From Sphagnum compactum (taxonomy: Eukaryota), in NCBI GenBank assembly GCA_965153455.1, contig OZ234493.1, positions 33,470,213-33,534,212 on the forward strand: a DNA stretch of 64,000 nt, in the 5' to 3' direction. The position numbers and the translations under genes were made by a program. The notes under the pieces were generated by a model. The model worked only from the letters and a program-made list of their open reading frames with translations. It had not been told where the DNA came from and did no database searches. Shown piece after piece: positions 14,556-26,490 of the stretch; the first letter of the stretch is position 1, and the number at the start of each line of letters is the position of its first letter.

Positions 14556-15260
14556 TCAGTCAGTCACATGTATTAATTTTTTTATCATAATTTTTTTCAA
14601 TTAAATTTATGTTCATTTAAGTAAATTTACAAATACCCATGATAAACTTCACTGAATCTTTGTTGGCTAAAACTGCTTGCAAATAAATACCAGTTTTTTC
14701 TGCCACTTACTAAACCCTAAACCCATCAGATTTTATTTCACAAAAAAAAAAAAAACTCCCCAGTTAGTTTGTCATGCCTATTAAACTTAACCTTTTGTTT
14801 TTTACCTTTTGAAAAACTCAATAATATGTAAAATTATCATAAAACAACTTCAGTTTTATTTTCATCTATTTAAATTAAAATATTTCACTTTTTATTTTTC
14901 AGTCCACATGTATTAATTTTTTTTGATCATAAAGTTTTAAAACCTAAATTTTATGTTCATATATTAAGTAAATAACACATACCCATGAGAAATTAAAAAA
15001 AAATCACCCCAAAAAACATTTGCTGAAAGAAACTGCTGCAAAATTACCAGTTTTTCTGCCACTTACTAACCCCTAAACCCATCAGAATTTTAAAATGAAA
15101 ATTTCTTTAAAAATTTATTAAAAAAATAAAATAAAATAAAATAAAATAAAACTCCCCAGCCCAATAAGTTAGTTGTCATGGCTATTCATAAACTTAAAAC
15201 ATTTTTTTTGTTTTTTAACCTTTTAGAAAAACTCAAATAATATGTAAAAAAATAATCATT
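14556..15260. repeat. Diverged tandem duplication of about 340 bp
   Basis: CACATGTATTAATTTT...TACCAGTTTTTCTGCCACTTACTAA.CCCTAAACCCATCAGA...AAAAACTCAA.TAATATGTAAAA occurs at 14566-14835 and again at 14905-15255. Confidence 0.85.
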
Positions 15261-15883
15261 AACACATTCACTTTTTGTTGGATGCAATATTACATAATAA
15301 TAATAAGAGCCTACTACTAAGCTTTTAAAGGTGGGTTTTGGGGTTTAGGGTTTAAGGGGGGGGTGGGTGTAAAAAGGAAAGCAAAAAACATGCCTTCCCT
15401 TTGGACCAGAAGCTTAATCTTCTGACAAGTAGCTCTGCTAAGTTTTTACTCTGATGAATGAATCATGAGTGACTGACTGACTGCACTGCACTGCACTGCA
15501 CTGAAACTTGAAAGGAGTGTGGGGACACAACATGAAACCTCAAAGAGTGCAGTGGAGTGGAGTGGAGTGGGAGTGGAGTGAGTGAGTCTGAGGGACAACA
15601 GACACATACATACTTACATGCAGAAGGGTTTAAGGTTATATTATGTATGCAGTATGTGGGGTTTTGACCATCTTCAATTGACCAAATCTCAACACAATCT
15701 TGCTATGATGTACTGACAATTATTTATTACTACTACCCAAGACCAAAATAAAAAGGTTTGTATGTAGCTCCTCAAACCCTAAACCCTAAACCCGAGAGTG
15801 CTGGATTGTGGAACATAATATAACAATTTCCCTCTCGTGAGAGAATCTTGATGCTCTGATTAGTTTGGTTGTCAGGTCGAGAG

Positions 15884-16430
15884 TTACAACCCGTGTTGTG
15901 TTGTGTTGTTGGGAAGTGATTCTTTGAATTTTTGGAAAGAATCCTGAGTTTCAGTTTTTTTTCAAAAATAAAAAATAAAAATATTTTATTTTTATTTCAG
16001 AATTAAAGAACCCTTGGTTTCTGGTTATTTCAAAAAATATCTCAAGGAAGAATATAGATAGTTTTCACGAAAGGAAAGAAAGAATCGACAAAGAAACACT
16101 TTTTAGAACCGTGGTTATATACTAAAACAAAGTTATATAACCAAAAATCTCAATTGAGATTCGATGGTTTTCATGAAAGAATCGGCAAAGAACTTTTTTA
16201 GAACCGTGGTTATATTTTTAAACTAGTTAATACACAACCAGAAATCTCTCAAGAAGAATGGATGGGTTTCATGAGAGGGTAGAAAAAACAGTTTTCTTAG
16301 AACCATGGTTATATATCAGAACCAGTTGTTTAAAACTTTTGAGAATCAACAGATAAACATGGGTATGTGTATATACCTGGGTCGATAATCAACGGGTATT
16401 TGTCCCTTGTTGTTTAAGAACCAATTCAAC
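15884..16430 (+). mobile_element. Dispersed repeat family B (GAACC..GGTT-rich); inverted copy at about 12800-13460 and a CpG-rich copy at about 41740-42010
   Basis: The terminus TTACAAC..GTGTTGTG...TTCTTTGA is the reverse complement of 13436-13460. Internal AAAGAAcCggCAAAGAAC and AGAACCGTGGTTATATA blocks recur at 41876-41960. Confidence 0.6.
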
Positions 16431-18509
16431 ATTGATTACAACCAATAGATAACCTTTGATCTTTTGTTTCATTAGCGACCAACTAGTTAGCACAAGGTAA
16501 CCATCCTGGGCCCTCATTGGCACGGTGTATTAGGGTAACTGGCAAGAGGGCCGTGGTGGGTTATCAAATATAGTTGATGTGTGTATGCGTCGAGACTATG
16601 TTCGATAACTCATGGCCTCTCTCGTTGGCTACTAGAGGTGACCAATTTTCAAGCGAGACCAACTTGCACAAATCGCTCTACAAGGAGACATTGAGCCCAG
16701 GTTTAGGGTTTAGGGTTTAGGGTTTGGGAGCCAACCCTATGGGTAACAAAAGCAAGGCCCGAAATATGGGTTGTAACTCGCATGTTAAGGGACCAAGGAC
16801 AAAGTGATAATCCGACCCTACTTTTTGGGAATTTAAATGTAAGGCATCAATATTTGTCACGACATGTCATAAATTTCTGTGTGCTATTAAGTTTTTGAAG
16901 TCATGAGTTTACATGCATATGTATGTATATTAAACAATTTATTATTAATTTATAATTATGATTATAATATTAATAATTAATTTAAAAAAGATGACACATA
17001 ATTTTTTAACTATTTAATTACTTAACACATTAGCTTAGATTAACATACTTATTAGATTAACTTATCTCACCTTGGGCTTTTACCCACGATAACAACATGG
17101 CACAAATATTGTCATGATCTTAAACATATGTAGACCAAGAGGTGTATAAGAGGGAGGGTTCTTACACCTAATGCTTGGGAGTGGTGTGAATGTTGCACCA
17201 ATATAAGTAATTGCTCTCTCACTTTAAGGATTGGTTGTAAAGATCCCTCCTCTTTCTAGGAGGCATATTCACCTCTCCTAGTCATTAAATGAGGTGCCTC
17301 CCAAGTTCTTTTTTTTTTTGTTTTTTTGCTTTTTTTTTTGGGCAATGAGCCAATTTGATTGGCCCATCACTCAAAAAAAAAAAAACCTAAGAGTGTGGGC
17401 TTTGTGTGTAAAGATCCCAATCTTTTGACCATGAGAAAATCAGGGCTTTACAATTTTTGGAAAAAGCCCAAGGAGAGGTAGATGGGGGCTTTATGAAAAT
17501 CAAAGGAGCTCACTTAAGAAACATATATATAAACAAAAAAATGTGTCCACTTTATTCATAGGGCTCACTTAAGAAAACCATACAAATAAAAAATAATTTG
17601 CCCCTTAAAAGTGTCATCCAGAGTCCAAAAAACACACTAAAAAAATAGGGGTTGGATGTTTTCAGGAAGGGGCTATTTATTATTATTATTAGTACAGGCC
17701 AAAAAAATAGTGGCCAGCCAATATTAGGAACAGAATTTCCATTGCAACCAATTGAGAAAGAAAGTTGCATCATGGAGTGAAGTGAAGGGGCCCCTCCCTT
17801 TTATGGAAAAATAATAAAATAAAATAAAATATGGCATCTAAAGACAGATGCTAGAAAATTGCTCTGAGTGCTTGCTTGCAGTCTTTCTTGACTAGTGTGT
17901 TTTTTGTCTTTCTTGACTGGTGTGTTTTTTTTGTGTGTGTGTGTGTGTGTTTTTTAAGTATTTTGAAATTCCTTGTTTCACTTATTAATTAATGTTTTGC
18001 TCAAAATACTTCCAGGTCTTGTTGCCTGCCTGCCTGCTTGCGTGCCTGCCATCTCATTGCTTCTGCTTCTGATGCTACTAGGCTACTTGCTACTCTGCCT
18101 TGCAGCCAGCCAGCCAGCCAGCAATGGCAACAACAAGGAGATAGGACAGAAGAATAGTAGTAGTAGTAGTTGTAGTTGTTGTTGTTGTTGTTGGAGAGAT
18201 GGAAGTAAAAGGGGAAGGAAAGTGAATGAGTGAAACACACACACACATACACACACATACATACACACTCTCTCTCTACAAATCTCCTACTAATCTGGCA
18301 TTTAGAGTATTATATATCTGATGGGTGTTCTCTCTCAAATTGCCAAATTTCTTCTTTTGGAGTTTTCTCCTCTTCTTCCTGAAGCTCCCATTTTGAACAG
18401 AACTGAAGTGACTAGTAGATTTTCCAGCTGATGCTGTTTTGCCAACAAGAATGTCCGTGTCATTCATTCACAGACCTTATTGTTGTCATTCTTCAGCAGC
18501 AGCAGCGGC

Positions 18510-18540
<31 letters not shown>

Positions 18541-19061
18541 GCAACAGCAGCAATTTGAGAGACTTTTTTCTTGCAAGCAGAATTTAAGAAACCTAATAGA
18601 AGCTGCAAAGCTTTGTTTGTTTGATTTTTTTTTTGGGGGGGTTTTTTTTTTTTTTGGGGGTGAGTTCCTCCATGTGTTTGATGATTCTGGGTCTAGTCTG
18701 CAGTTTGGAAGAAGTCTGCGTTTTGTCTTTTTCTGAAGAAGCAGCAGCAGCAGCAATTTGAGAGAGAGTTTTTCCAGATCGTAGAGAATTGAAAGACAGA
18801 CAACAATAACAACAACAGAAGCTGCAAAACACTTGCTTTGCTCTGATCCCTCCTTGGAGAAGAGCTCAGTTGTGGAAACCTGGATTCCACCCAAGACCCT
18901 CGAGCCACCAGGACTCCCGACTCGCGCCCAAGACCCTCGACCTCCCGGGTTCCTCTCTGTGTTTGTGTTTGAAGATTGTGAGAGTCTCGACGTCTCGACG
19001 GGAGTGTGGATGTCTGTGGAAGTTTTGGGAGCAATCGGGGAGCTAACAAGGTGTGGATTGA

Positions 19062-20664
19062 ATGAGTCTGATAAGGGAGAGTAAGCAGCCATGTGGGCCT
19101 CCTCTTCCTCCTCCGCCTCTTTTTCTGTGTCCAATTTCGCTGGAGATGATGCGCGACCCAGTGACTGTGTGCACGGGGATCACCTACGATCGAAGATCCA
19201 TCCAGAAATGGCTAGCGGAAGGTCACACCACTTGTCCCATCACAATGCGTCACCTGGAGAATCATACCTTGATCCCCAATCTCATCGTCCGTCGCTTGAT
19301 CCATTCCTGGGTGCAAGAACACGGCTCCGGTAGTTTGCCTGCTAGCGCTTTCGGATCACCCACCAAGCGAGAGAGAGACGAATCTGAGAAACAACAGCAG
19401 CATCAGCAGCATCAGCAGCAGCAGCAACGGTCTTCCGGTGAGGAGAACACGGCGGCGCGTGTTCTGTCCCTGTTGCGGCAGATCGCAAGAGGCGGACATG
19501 GAGTTGGAAACGCGGCCAAGAGTCTGGGGGCTTTGGTGAAGGAGAGAACGGAGTACCGCACTTGTATCGAGGAATTGGGTGGGACGCTTCTGCTGGTGTC
19601 GCTCTTGTCCCCGGAGATGCACGAGGATTGCGATGCTTGCGAAGAGGTTTTGGGTCTCCTCACGCTCCTAGCGCAGTGCCATGGTGGTACACGACAGATG
19701 GTGATGGAGCCGCAGAAGCTCGTGTGGGTAGTCTGGCATCTGGAGCAAGGGATAACCCCCTGTGCTCGTGTGAATGCGGCTGCGTTGCTGGAGAGCTTGC
19801 TGGCTTCCGATGACGATCTCTGCGCTGCTGTGGGTCACTTCCCTGGCGTTTTGCAAGGACTTGTCAAGCTGGTGAACAAAGGCGGCGGTCTCCAACAGCA
19901 CCGAGCTTCTAAGATCGCTGTCAGAACACTCTTGGCTGCTTGTCTATGCAAGGTACGAGAGAATTCTTCCACACCCATCAACACCTTCTTCCTTCGCTGA
20001 TCGCTATGCACATGTTGATGGGTGTGCAGGAACCCTAAACCCTAACCCTTGAATGCATGCTCTCGAGGAAGAAGAATTATATAGAAAATGTTGGGTTGGG
20101 GAAGAAAGAAGCAAATGCAGATCACATGCACATCCCTAATTATTTTTTCCCCTTCAACTTCTGACATGAAGAACTTCTTGGGCAAATGATTCTTTTCAGG
20201 TGAATAGAACAGCAGCAGCAGATGCAGGGGCAGTAGGGGCAGTAGTGGAGCATCTAAGAAGCAATGCAGCACGGCCAAGCACAGCAGAGAGATGTCTTGC
20301 TATATTGGAGTTGCTGTGCACCACCACACAAGGGCAAGTAGCAATCAGCCAGCATCCACTGGCAATCCCCTTGCTTGTGAAGATGGTTCTGCGAGTCTCA
20401 CCACGAGGTACTGAGTATGCAACAGGCACTCTTCTGGCAATCTGCAAATCAGGACCCATTGATATGCTCCAGGTTGCAATGCAAGCTGGTGCTCAGACTC
20501 AAATGCTGTTTCTGTTGCAAAGTGATGCTACGACACCGAGAGCAAAGCGCAAGGCTCTGGAGCTTCTCAAACTGCTGCACACTGTCTGTTGTCCTCCTAC
20601 CGTTGGGAAGCTTGTGAATGCTGTGCATTCCTGGGAGTGTTTCATAGAGATAGGAAGAAGTTGA
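19062..20664 (+). CDS. Plant U-box (PUB) E3 ubiquitin ligase with ARM repeats; exons 19062-19952 and 20200-20664
   Basis: U-box motif PPLFLCPISLEMMRDPVTVCTGITYDRRSIQKWLAEGHTTCPIT. ARM-like C-terminus (NRTAAADAGAV, RVSPRGTEYA, TPRAKRKALELLKLL). AAG|GTACGA donor and TTTTCAG acceptor in phase 0. Confidence 0.95.
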
Positions 20665-20702
20665 GAAACCATCATCCTCCTCATCATCATCATCGTATGC
20701 TC

Positions 20703-20935
20703 CTCCAGATTGCAATGCAAGCTGGTACTCACACTCAAAATGCTGTTTCTCTTGCAAAGTGATGCTACAACACCATGAGCAAAGTGCAAGGCCTGGGAGC
20801 TTCTCAAGCTGCTGCTTCACACTGTCTGTTGTCTTCCTACTGTCAGGAAGCTTGTGAATGCGACTCCATTCCTCGGAGTGTTTCATAGGGATAGGAAGAA
20901 GTTGAGAGCATCATCATCATCATCATCATCATCGA
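20703..20935 (+). pseudogene. Tandem duplicate of the last ~235 bp of the U-box CDS, inactivated
   Basis: Near copy of 20467-20695, with an extra A (CTCAAAATG) and a CGA-to-TGA change (ACACCATGAGCA). Both copies end in a (CAT)n tract. Confidence 0.9.
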
Positions 20936-21555
20936 TGCAACCTCTTTCAGTGGATCTGTCTACAAAATGCTGCATGAACCAAAAACCTCCTCGATCAGAT
21001 CTGCATTTATGAACAGGTTAGTTTTTTCTGGCAAGTTTTCTTGCACCGCCAAGCTTCCACCATGTTGCACTGCCATGTTTCCATGTACATCCCTCTTCTC
21101 ATGGTTGTTCACCCATTGTGAAAATCTGGAAGCTGCCACAGTCAGAGTCCTAAACCCTGGCACTTTCTGAAGTCTCTTGCTCATATTGCAGAGAATATAC
21201 TTGGAGCTTTCCTCTAGCATTTTCAGTTTCCATAAGCTATTTTTCTGACAGAGCTCAGCCAAGACTCTCAAAGACGCTCCTGTTGTTGCCCTTAATCTAG
21301 TAATGTATACGGGTGAGTGTAAAGCCAGGAACCTGGTACATACTTTTGAGCCTCTTGTAGGATGCACAAAGCAGATGTGATTTCTCTTATCCATCTCCTT
21401 CAGCTCACCTGAACCTGGATTTTGTTTGCAATATAGTTTTCCTCCAAGAGATTGCACATCTCATAGAAATTAGTAGAGAAAAGGAAAGGTGGGAGAGTCA
21501 GATATGAGCTTGGTACCTCTTGCAGTGGTAAGGCTGCTGCAGAGGTATTGGGATA

Positions 21556-22000
21556 AGAGTTTAGGGTTTCCATGCACTTCTCTTCCCTCCTTGTGATACA
21601 GACCAATGGCAGAATGTTTCTCCCAGCTTTCAAGGTTTAGGGGTTTAGGGGTTTAGGGTTTAAGATTGCCATGCAAAGTAGAACTTCCCTCCTCCTGCCA
21701 GAGACCAACGCCAAAATGTCTCTATCAGATTTCAAGGTATCAGGTTTCCATGCATTTCTCTTCCCTCCTGCCAGAGACCAATGGCAGAATGTTCTCTCAG
21801 CTTTTCCAGCTAGTGGGTGGCTATTGGGTTTAGGGTTTCTGCGCACTTCTCTTCCCTCCGTCCAGAGACCCAACAGCAGAATATTTCTCTTAGCTTTCAA
21901 GGTACATATTGGGTTTAGGGTTTACGATTTCCATGCAATTTTCTTCCCTCTTCCTGGCAGAGACCAATGGTAGAATGTTACCCTTTAGGCACTTTCAAGG
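21556..22000. repeat. Five diverged 70-100-bp tandem units, most headed by TTTAGGG-type motifs
   Basis: Core CCATGCAyTTCTCTTCCCTCC(TGCC)AGAGACCAATGGCAGAATGT...CAGCTTTCAAGG repeats at about 21570, 21669, 21747, 21839 and 21931. Confidence 0.9.
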
Positions 22001-25000
22001 AGATCATGACTGGATGCAACAGTTGGACTGCAAAACATTCCATGCAGCAGCATTTGTCAATAATTAGGTCAAAGAAGTGATTTGGAAGTGTGGAGCAAGG
22101 TGGTGTTGGTATGTTGACAGAAGTGATTTCTATGCTAGTACAATCTTTCCAGGAAGTGAAAATGGGATTACCAGTTGAAAGACAAGAAGTTGCTGTTGAT
22201 ATGATCAGATATTGTCACTTGGATACTCACACATGGTATATCTTAGCCCATCATCATAGTAGAAGAGTGAAATTGAATTGTTTTGAGGTTTTTATTAAAG
22301 CGTAGTTTACTTTAGTTGGATCACTTCAGATTTGGGCATAATTTTGTCGACATTTGTTCTTAAGAAGGATGTTTGCACATTTTTGACATGTGTAGTAATT
22401 GTACAAGGAAGGTATCCTTGCCCCTCGGTAGAGTGTGGCAAGTGTCCTCCATCTTCTCATTTCTACATCCTTGGCTTTTTTTGTAGCTTGCAATCATTGC
22501 TTCTTGTGCTCATGTTGGCAATTTCTACATTTGTGAATTGGTAACCACAACTGAAGTTTTAATTTATTTACAATTGTGAATTTGTAACCACAAACTAATG
22601 TCAAAAATCTTTTGAATAGCCTTGGAAAAATTTAATCGTGTGGGTGTGCATTGGTGAAAATTCCTCAAGTATTACAACATTTGTTCAACTTAGTAACTTA
22701 CAGATGAAATAGTACCTAGATCATTACTTGTGTAGTATTGAGTTGATTATGTACATTTGTTGTGGTGTAGTTGTAACTTATTATTTGTTGTGAGGTTTGT
22801 CATGATCTTTGAATTTTGGTGTTATCCATGGATAAACGATGGATATCTACATCATGAATTGGTGCACATATTAAGTTGATTGAAGTTAAGTCATTGATAG
22901 TAATTGAAGTGGGAAGTTTATGATTTGCCATGTTTTATTTTATCATGTGATGGTGTAGATGAATATCAAAAGAAACAAATATATGTTGCTTCATGGAATG
23001 TCAAACATACAAACATACAAAATGTGAATCAAAGCATGGTAATCTAATTGTTGATGCAAACTATGTCTAGATCATTTTTAGCGTGTTTGCTTTAGTTGTA
23101 TGTAGGATATTAACCCTTAAGTGACTATTGGTAGGAAAAAGAATCATTGACAACACCATTGCAAGCATGCAATTTCCCTTTTGACACCATTGTAGAAAAT
23201 TTGTTAGTGTGAATGTGCCGAGGAAGGGGGAGGGAAAAAACCAAGCCACCATTGCCATTGCAACCTTGCAAACTCCCCATTACATTTTTCTAACTTGCAT
23301 CCTATATCTCTTGTTTGGTAGTCTAAGCACCATTCCTCCCACAAAAAGTGATCCCACAAATGTGATTGAATTCCTCTAATAAACTAATTGCTTTCCCCTC
23401 ATTTCTCTTCCCTACCCAACCAAGCAATCGTGCTATGCAACAACAAAAATTGTAAATATTTTTATTCTAAATTCTTAGGCACAACACTCATTTCAACTTT
23501 TTAATTTTGAGCAATCATCAATGAGTAGTAGAATTTGTGCTACAATAACATGGTTTTGCGAAATGAAACATAATTTTGATACATGTTTGATCAAATATAA
23601 CATCGTAATGATGAATTTAAATTTACATACTTTTTTCAATATAATTGTTTTTTCCCCTTAGATTATGATGTAACCTTATGACTAGTTTTTATTATCGTTG
23701 TTTTATTATTGATGTTCACTTTTGCAAATGCAGATTAATATTTTGTGTAATATCTTTGACAACATTTATGAAATTATTGAGATAATATTAACATTGGTAT
23801 CTATGAACCATCATGTGTCTACTTAATATCAACTATGGGCATAAGTTACATTACAAAAAAATAAAATTATTACATGTTTCATGTTTAGAGAATAATAAGA
23901 TTAATTCATAAAATGGTGAACATCATATCTATGTGCGCACAATAGACATGAGAATCCTCAAGTAGCAATGCCAATGGAAGTTAAAATTTGAGCTTTGAAT
24001 ACCCAAAAACATTATTTACTTATGATTATTACAGTTCATTGTGAAAGTAAATGATGCATATTTTGTAAATTGTAAGAAAATCGACAATGTGTTCATTAAT
24101 GCAACCTTCTTTGGCATTATGAAATCACATATTTAAGTTTTGGGGATGAATGTAATTTTGATAAGGCTAGGGCTTTCTTACATCTTAATGTGTTAAAAAA
24201 TGACATATCAAAAAAGGTTTTTATGTTCAAAAGGTTCATATAATGAAATTTGAACTAAATGTTTCAATGCAATGGAATTCAATTTGATGGTTATGTTCAT
24301 ACAAATGCAAAATTTTCTCTCCAGGCATGGAGTTATAATAAATGTTAATTTACACGCACCTTACCTTCAATGTGATAATTAACATAAAAATTACACCTAT
24401 AGATTTTTTAAATGAATATAATTTTTAAATATATATATATATATTTTGAACAATGACATGTGAGAATTTTGTAAATTTTTTAAAAAAATTGTTCAAAACC
24501 CCTTGGAATAATGTTGGAAAAATATGTGGTTTCTAGAAATAATTTTATTTGCAAAATTGTGATTGTACACTTTAATTTGTAACATATCATTTTTAAAAGT
24601 TGAAAATAAAATTAAAATAGGTTACAATTATTAACTAGTTAAATTCAAAAATGGGAAAAAATTGTATATCGTGTGTTAATTTTTCATATGCAACCATTTT
24701 TTCAAATGTGTAATAATAATAATACATTAAATATATTGTGCAACAATATTATTCACATAATGTGTTAATAATGTATGTGTTTTTCAATTTAATTAATAAT
24801 TATTTTATTTTACTTATAACTTGGAAAACATGGTGGCCTTTTGCCCATGTATTTTAAAAAAATTCTTGTTTTTCTTACGTCTTGTTAAAAAAAAAAAACA
24901 TATCAAAAGATTTTTAATGTATGAAAAACATGTGACAAATAATAATTGACTACATTTTTTAAATGACAAGAAATTTAAATTAAATGTCAATTTCTGGTAT

Positions 25001-26157
25001 GTTACCATTTATTTATCACATGTCAAAAGTTGTATTATGGAAATCACATGTGAATAATGTATTGATATTTTTTTATACATGTGAGCAATATCAACACATT
25101 TGTAATGTAACCTTGATTATTTAAGTATTTCCTTCCAAATGCAATGGTTTGATGAAATTATTATGTATTTTTATTATTTTCAAATTAGAAGGAATTTAAA
25201 ATTATCCATGGTCATTTTTTATTTTCATCATTTGATTGTTTTAATGTTGGAGTTCGTTGGACAATTCAATTTGAAGATTAAATTTCCTTCAACAAATTTT
25301 ATTATTAGCTTTTGAAAATTTCAATGAATGATTAAATTTTTATGGTTTTTCAAGATGTTGAAACTTGAAATGGTTAACCAAATTTGTTATATTCAATAAA
25401 TCTTGGAATGTGTTACAATTTTAAAAACATAAAAACATGTGATAAAATTAGGGCAAGGATGATTAAGGCTATGTATTAGTGGAAAACAATTTCAAGATTC
25501 AAATCATCGTAGAAGTCATTTAGTGATGGTATGTGAAAAATCAAATGTGCTAAATTAGTTTTGATGAACATAACAAAAAAAATACATACATAAAATGATG
25601 GAATCGCAATTATAATCATGGATTTTGTGATGATAAAAATCATTATTTAATTTATAAATAAGCCTAAGAAAAAGCAAATACATATTTTTATCCTAGGTCA
25701 CATTGTAATAAACATTCATAATTATAAGAAATTTAAAAGGCAACATCTGGTGCAAATTATGTACTTTACTTTATAATTTGGAAGTTATCAATGGATTGGA
25801 CTGTGCAACCATTGATAATGTTCAACATAAAAATTGAAAACCATTAAAACTTAAAAATTTATCATTTTTATAAATACTCTTTTAAAATATTTTAAGTTCA
25901 TCATCGAAGGACAATTTGCAATAAAATCACCAAAGTATGAAAATTTAGACACAATCAATAATACAATTTTCGAAGTTGTTTTGTTTCAAATCAAAGGCAC
26001 ACCTTTCATAAAGTTTTTCAATGTGAAGGTGTCGAATCAAGATCAAATGCAAAAATTAAGTATCAAGGTTATTTTTTGTTCATTTGTGCAACTTGAAAAC
26101 CTCTAGATGTAAACACATTCAATGCCATTGACTTGAAAATTTCAATCAAATTCTAAC

Positions 26158-26340
26158 TATGTGATCCTAATTTAAAAAGAGGTACTAATAAATGGGTTGA
26201 CAAAATTTATGACTTAATGGATCAAGTAGATATTCATATTCCAATGCCCAAACATAGAATAGATAAACCCTTTCTTATGGCTGTAAAAGATGCATGTAAA
26301 AGGTCATGGAACTATAGTTACAGGGCGTATAGAAAGACGA
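26158..26340 (+). pseudogene. tufA: Plastid-type EF-Tu (tufA) fragment inserted in nuclear DNA (NUPT)
   Basis: Translates to [43 protein letters not shown], then after a small deletion and frameshift [12 protein letters not shown]. This matches chloroplast EF-Tu ([15 protein letters not shown]...[28 protein letters not shown]). AT-rich codons, no introns. Confidence 0.85.
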
Positions 26341-26414
26341 TAGGGTTTATCGGAAAATAAAAAGAATGTGAAAGTTTTTTTTTTTTTTTTAAGGAAAAAA
26401 ATTACTTTTTTATT

Positions 26415-26490
26415 TGAACCGCTTGAGCCATATGCTTCTAAAAAAACTTGTACAGTTCCAAAGAAAGAGGATTTATCGATCTATTCCAAT
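26415..26490 (+). other. Organellar group II intron domain V/VI-like 3' end
   Basis: GAGCCATATGC...CTTGTACAGTTC resembles domain V (GAGCCGTATG...GTACGGTTC) with two CpG transitions. It is followed by CTATTCCAAT, like the plastid intron end CTATCCCAAT. Confidence 0.5.

Noticed and set aside
17973-19134. ORFs upstream of or antisense to the U-box gene, including the 213-aa minus ORF
   Set aside because: Made of microsatellites (CAG, GAA, GTT, polyT) in the 5' leader region, with no domain similarity.
20960-21457. 165-aa minus-strand ORF
   Set aside because: Non-ATG start, no recognisable motif; it lies in the likely 3' region of the U-box gene.
22500-26100. Very AT-rich stretch possibly hiding transposon coding relics (likewise 57700-61300)
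   Set aside because: Too decayed to assign a family by eye.
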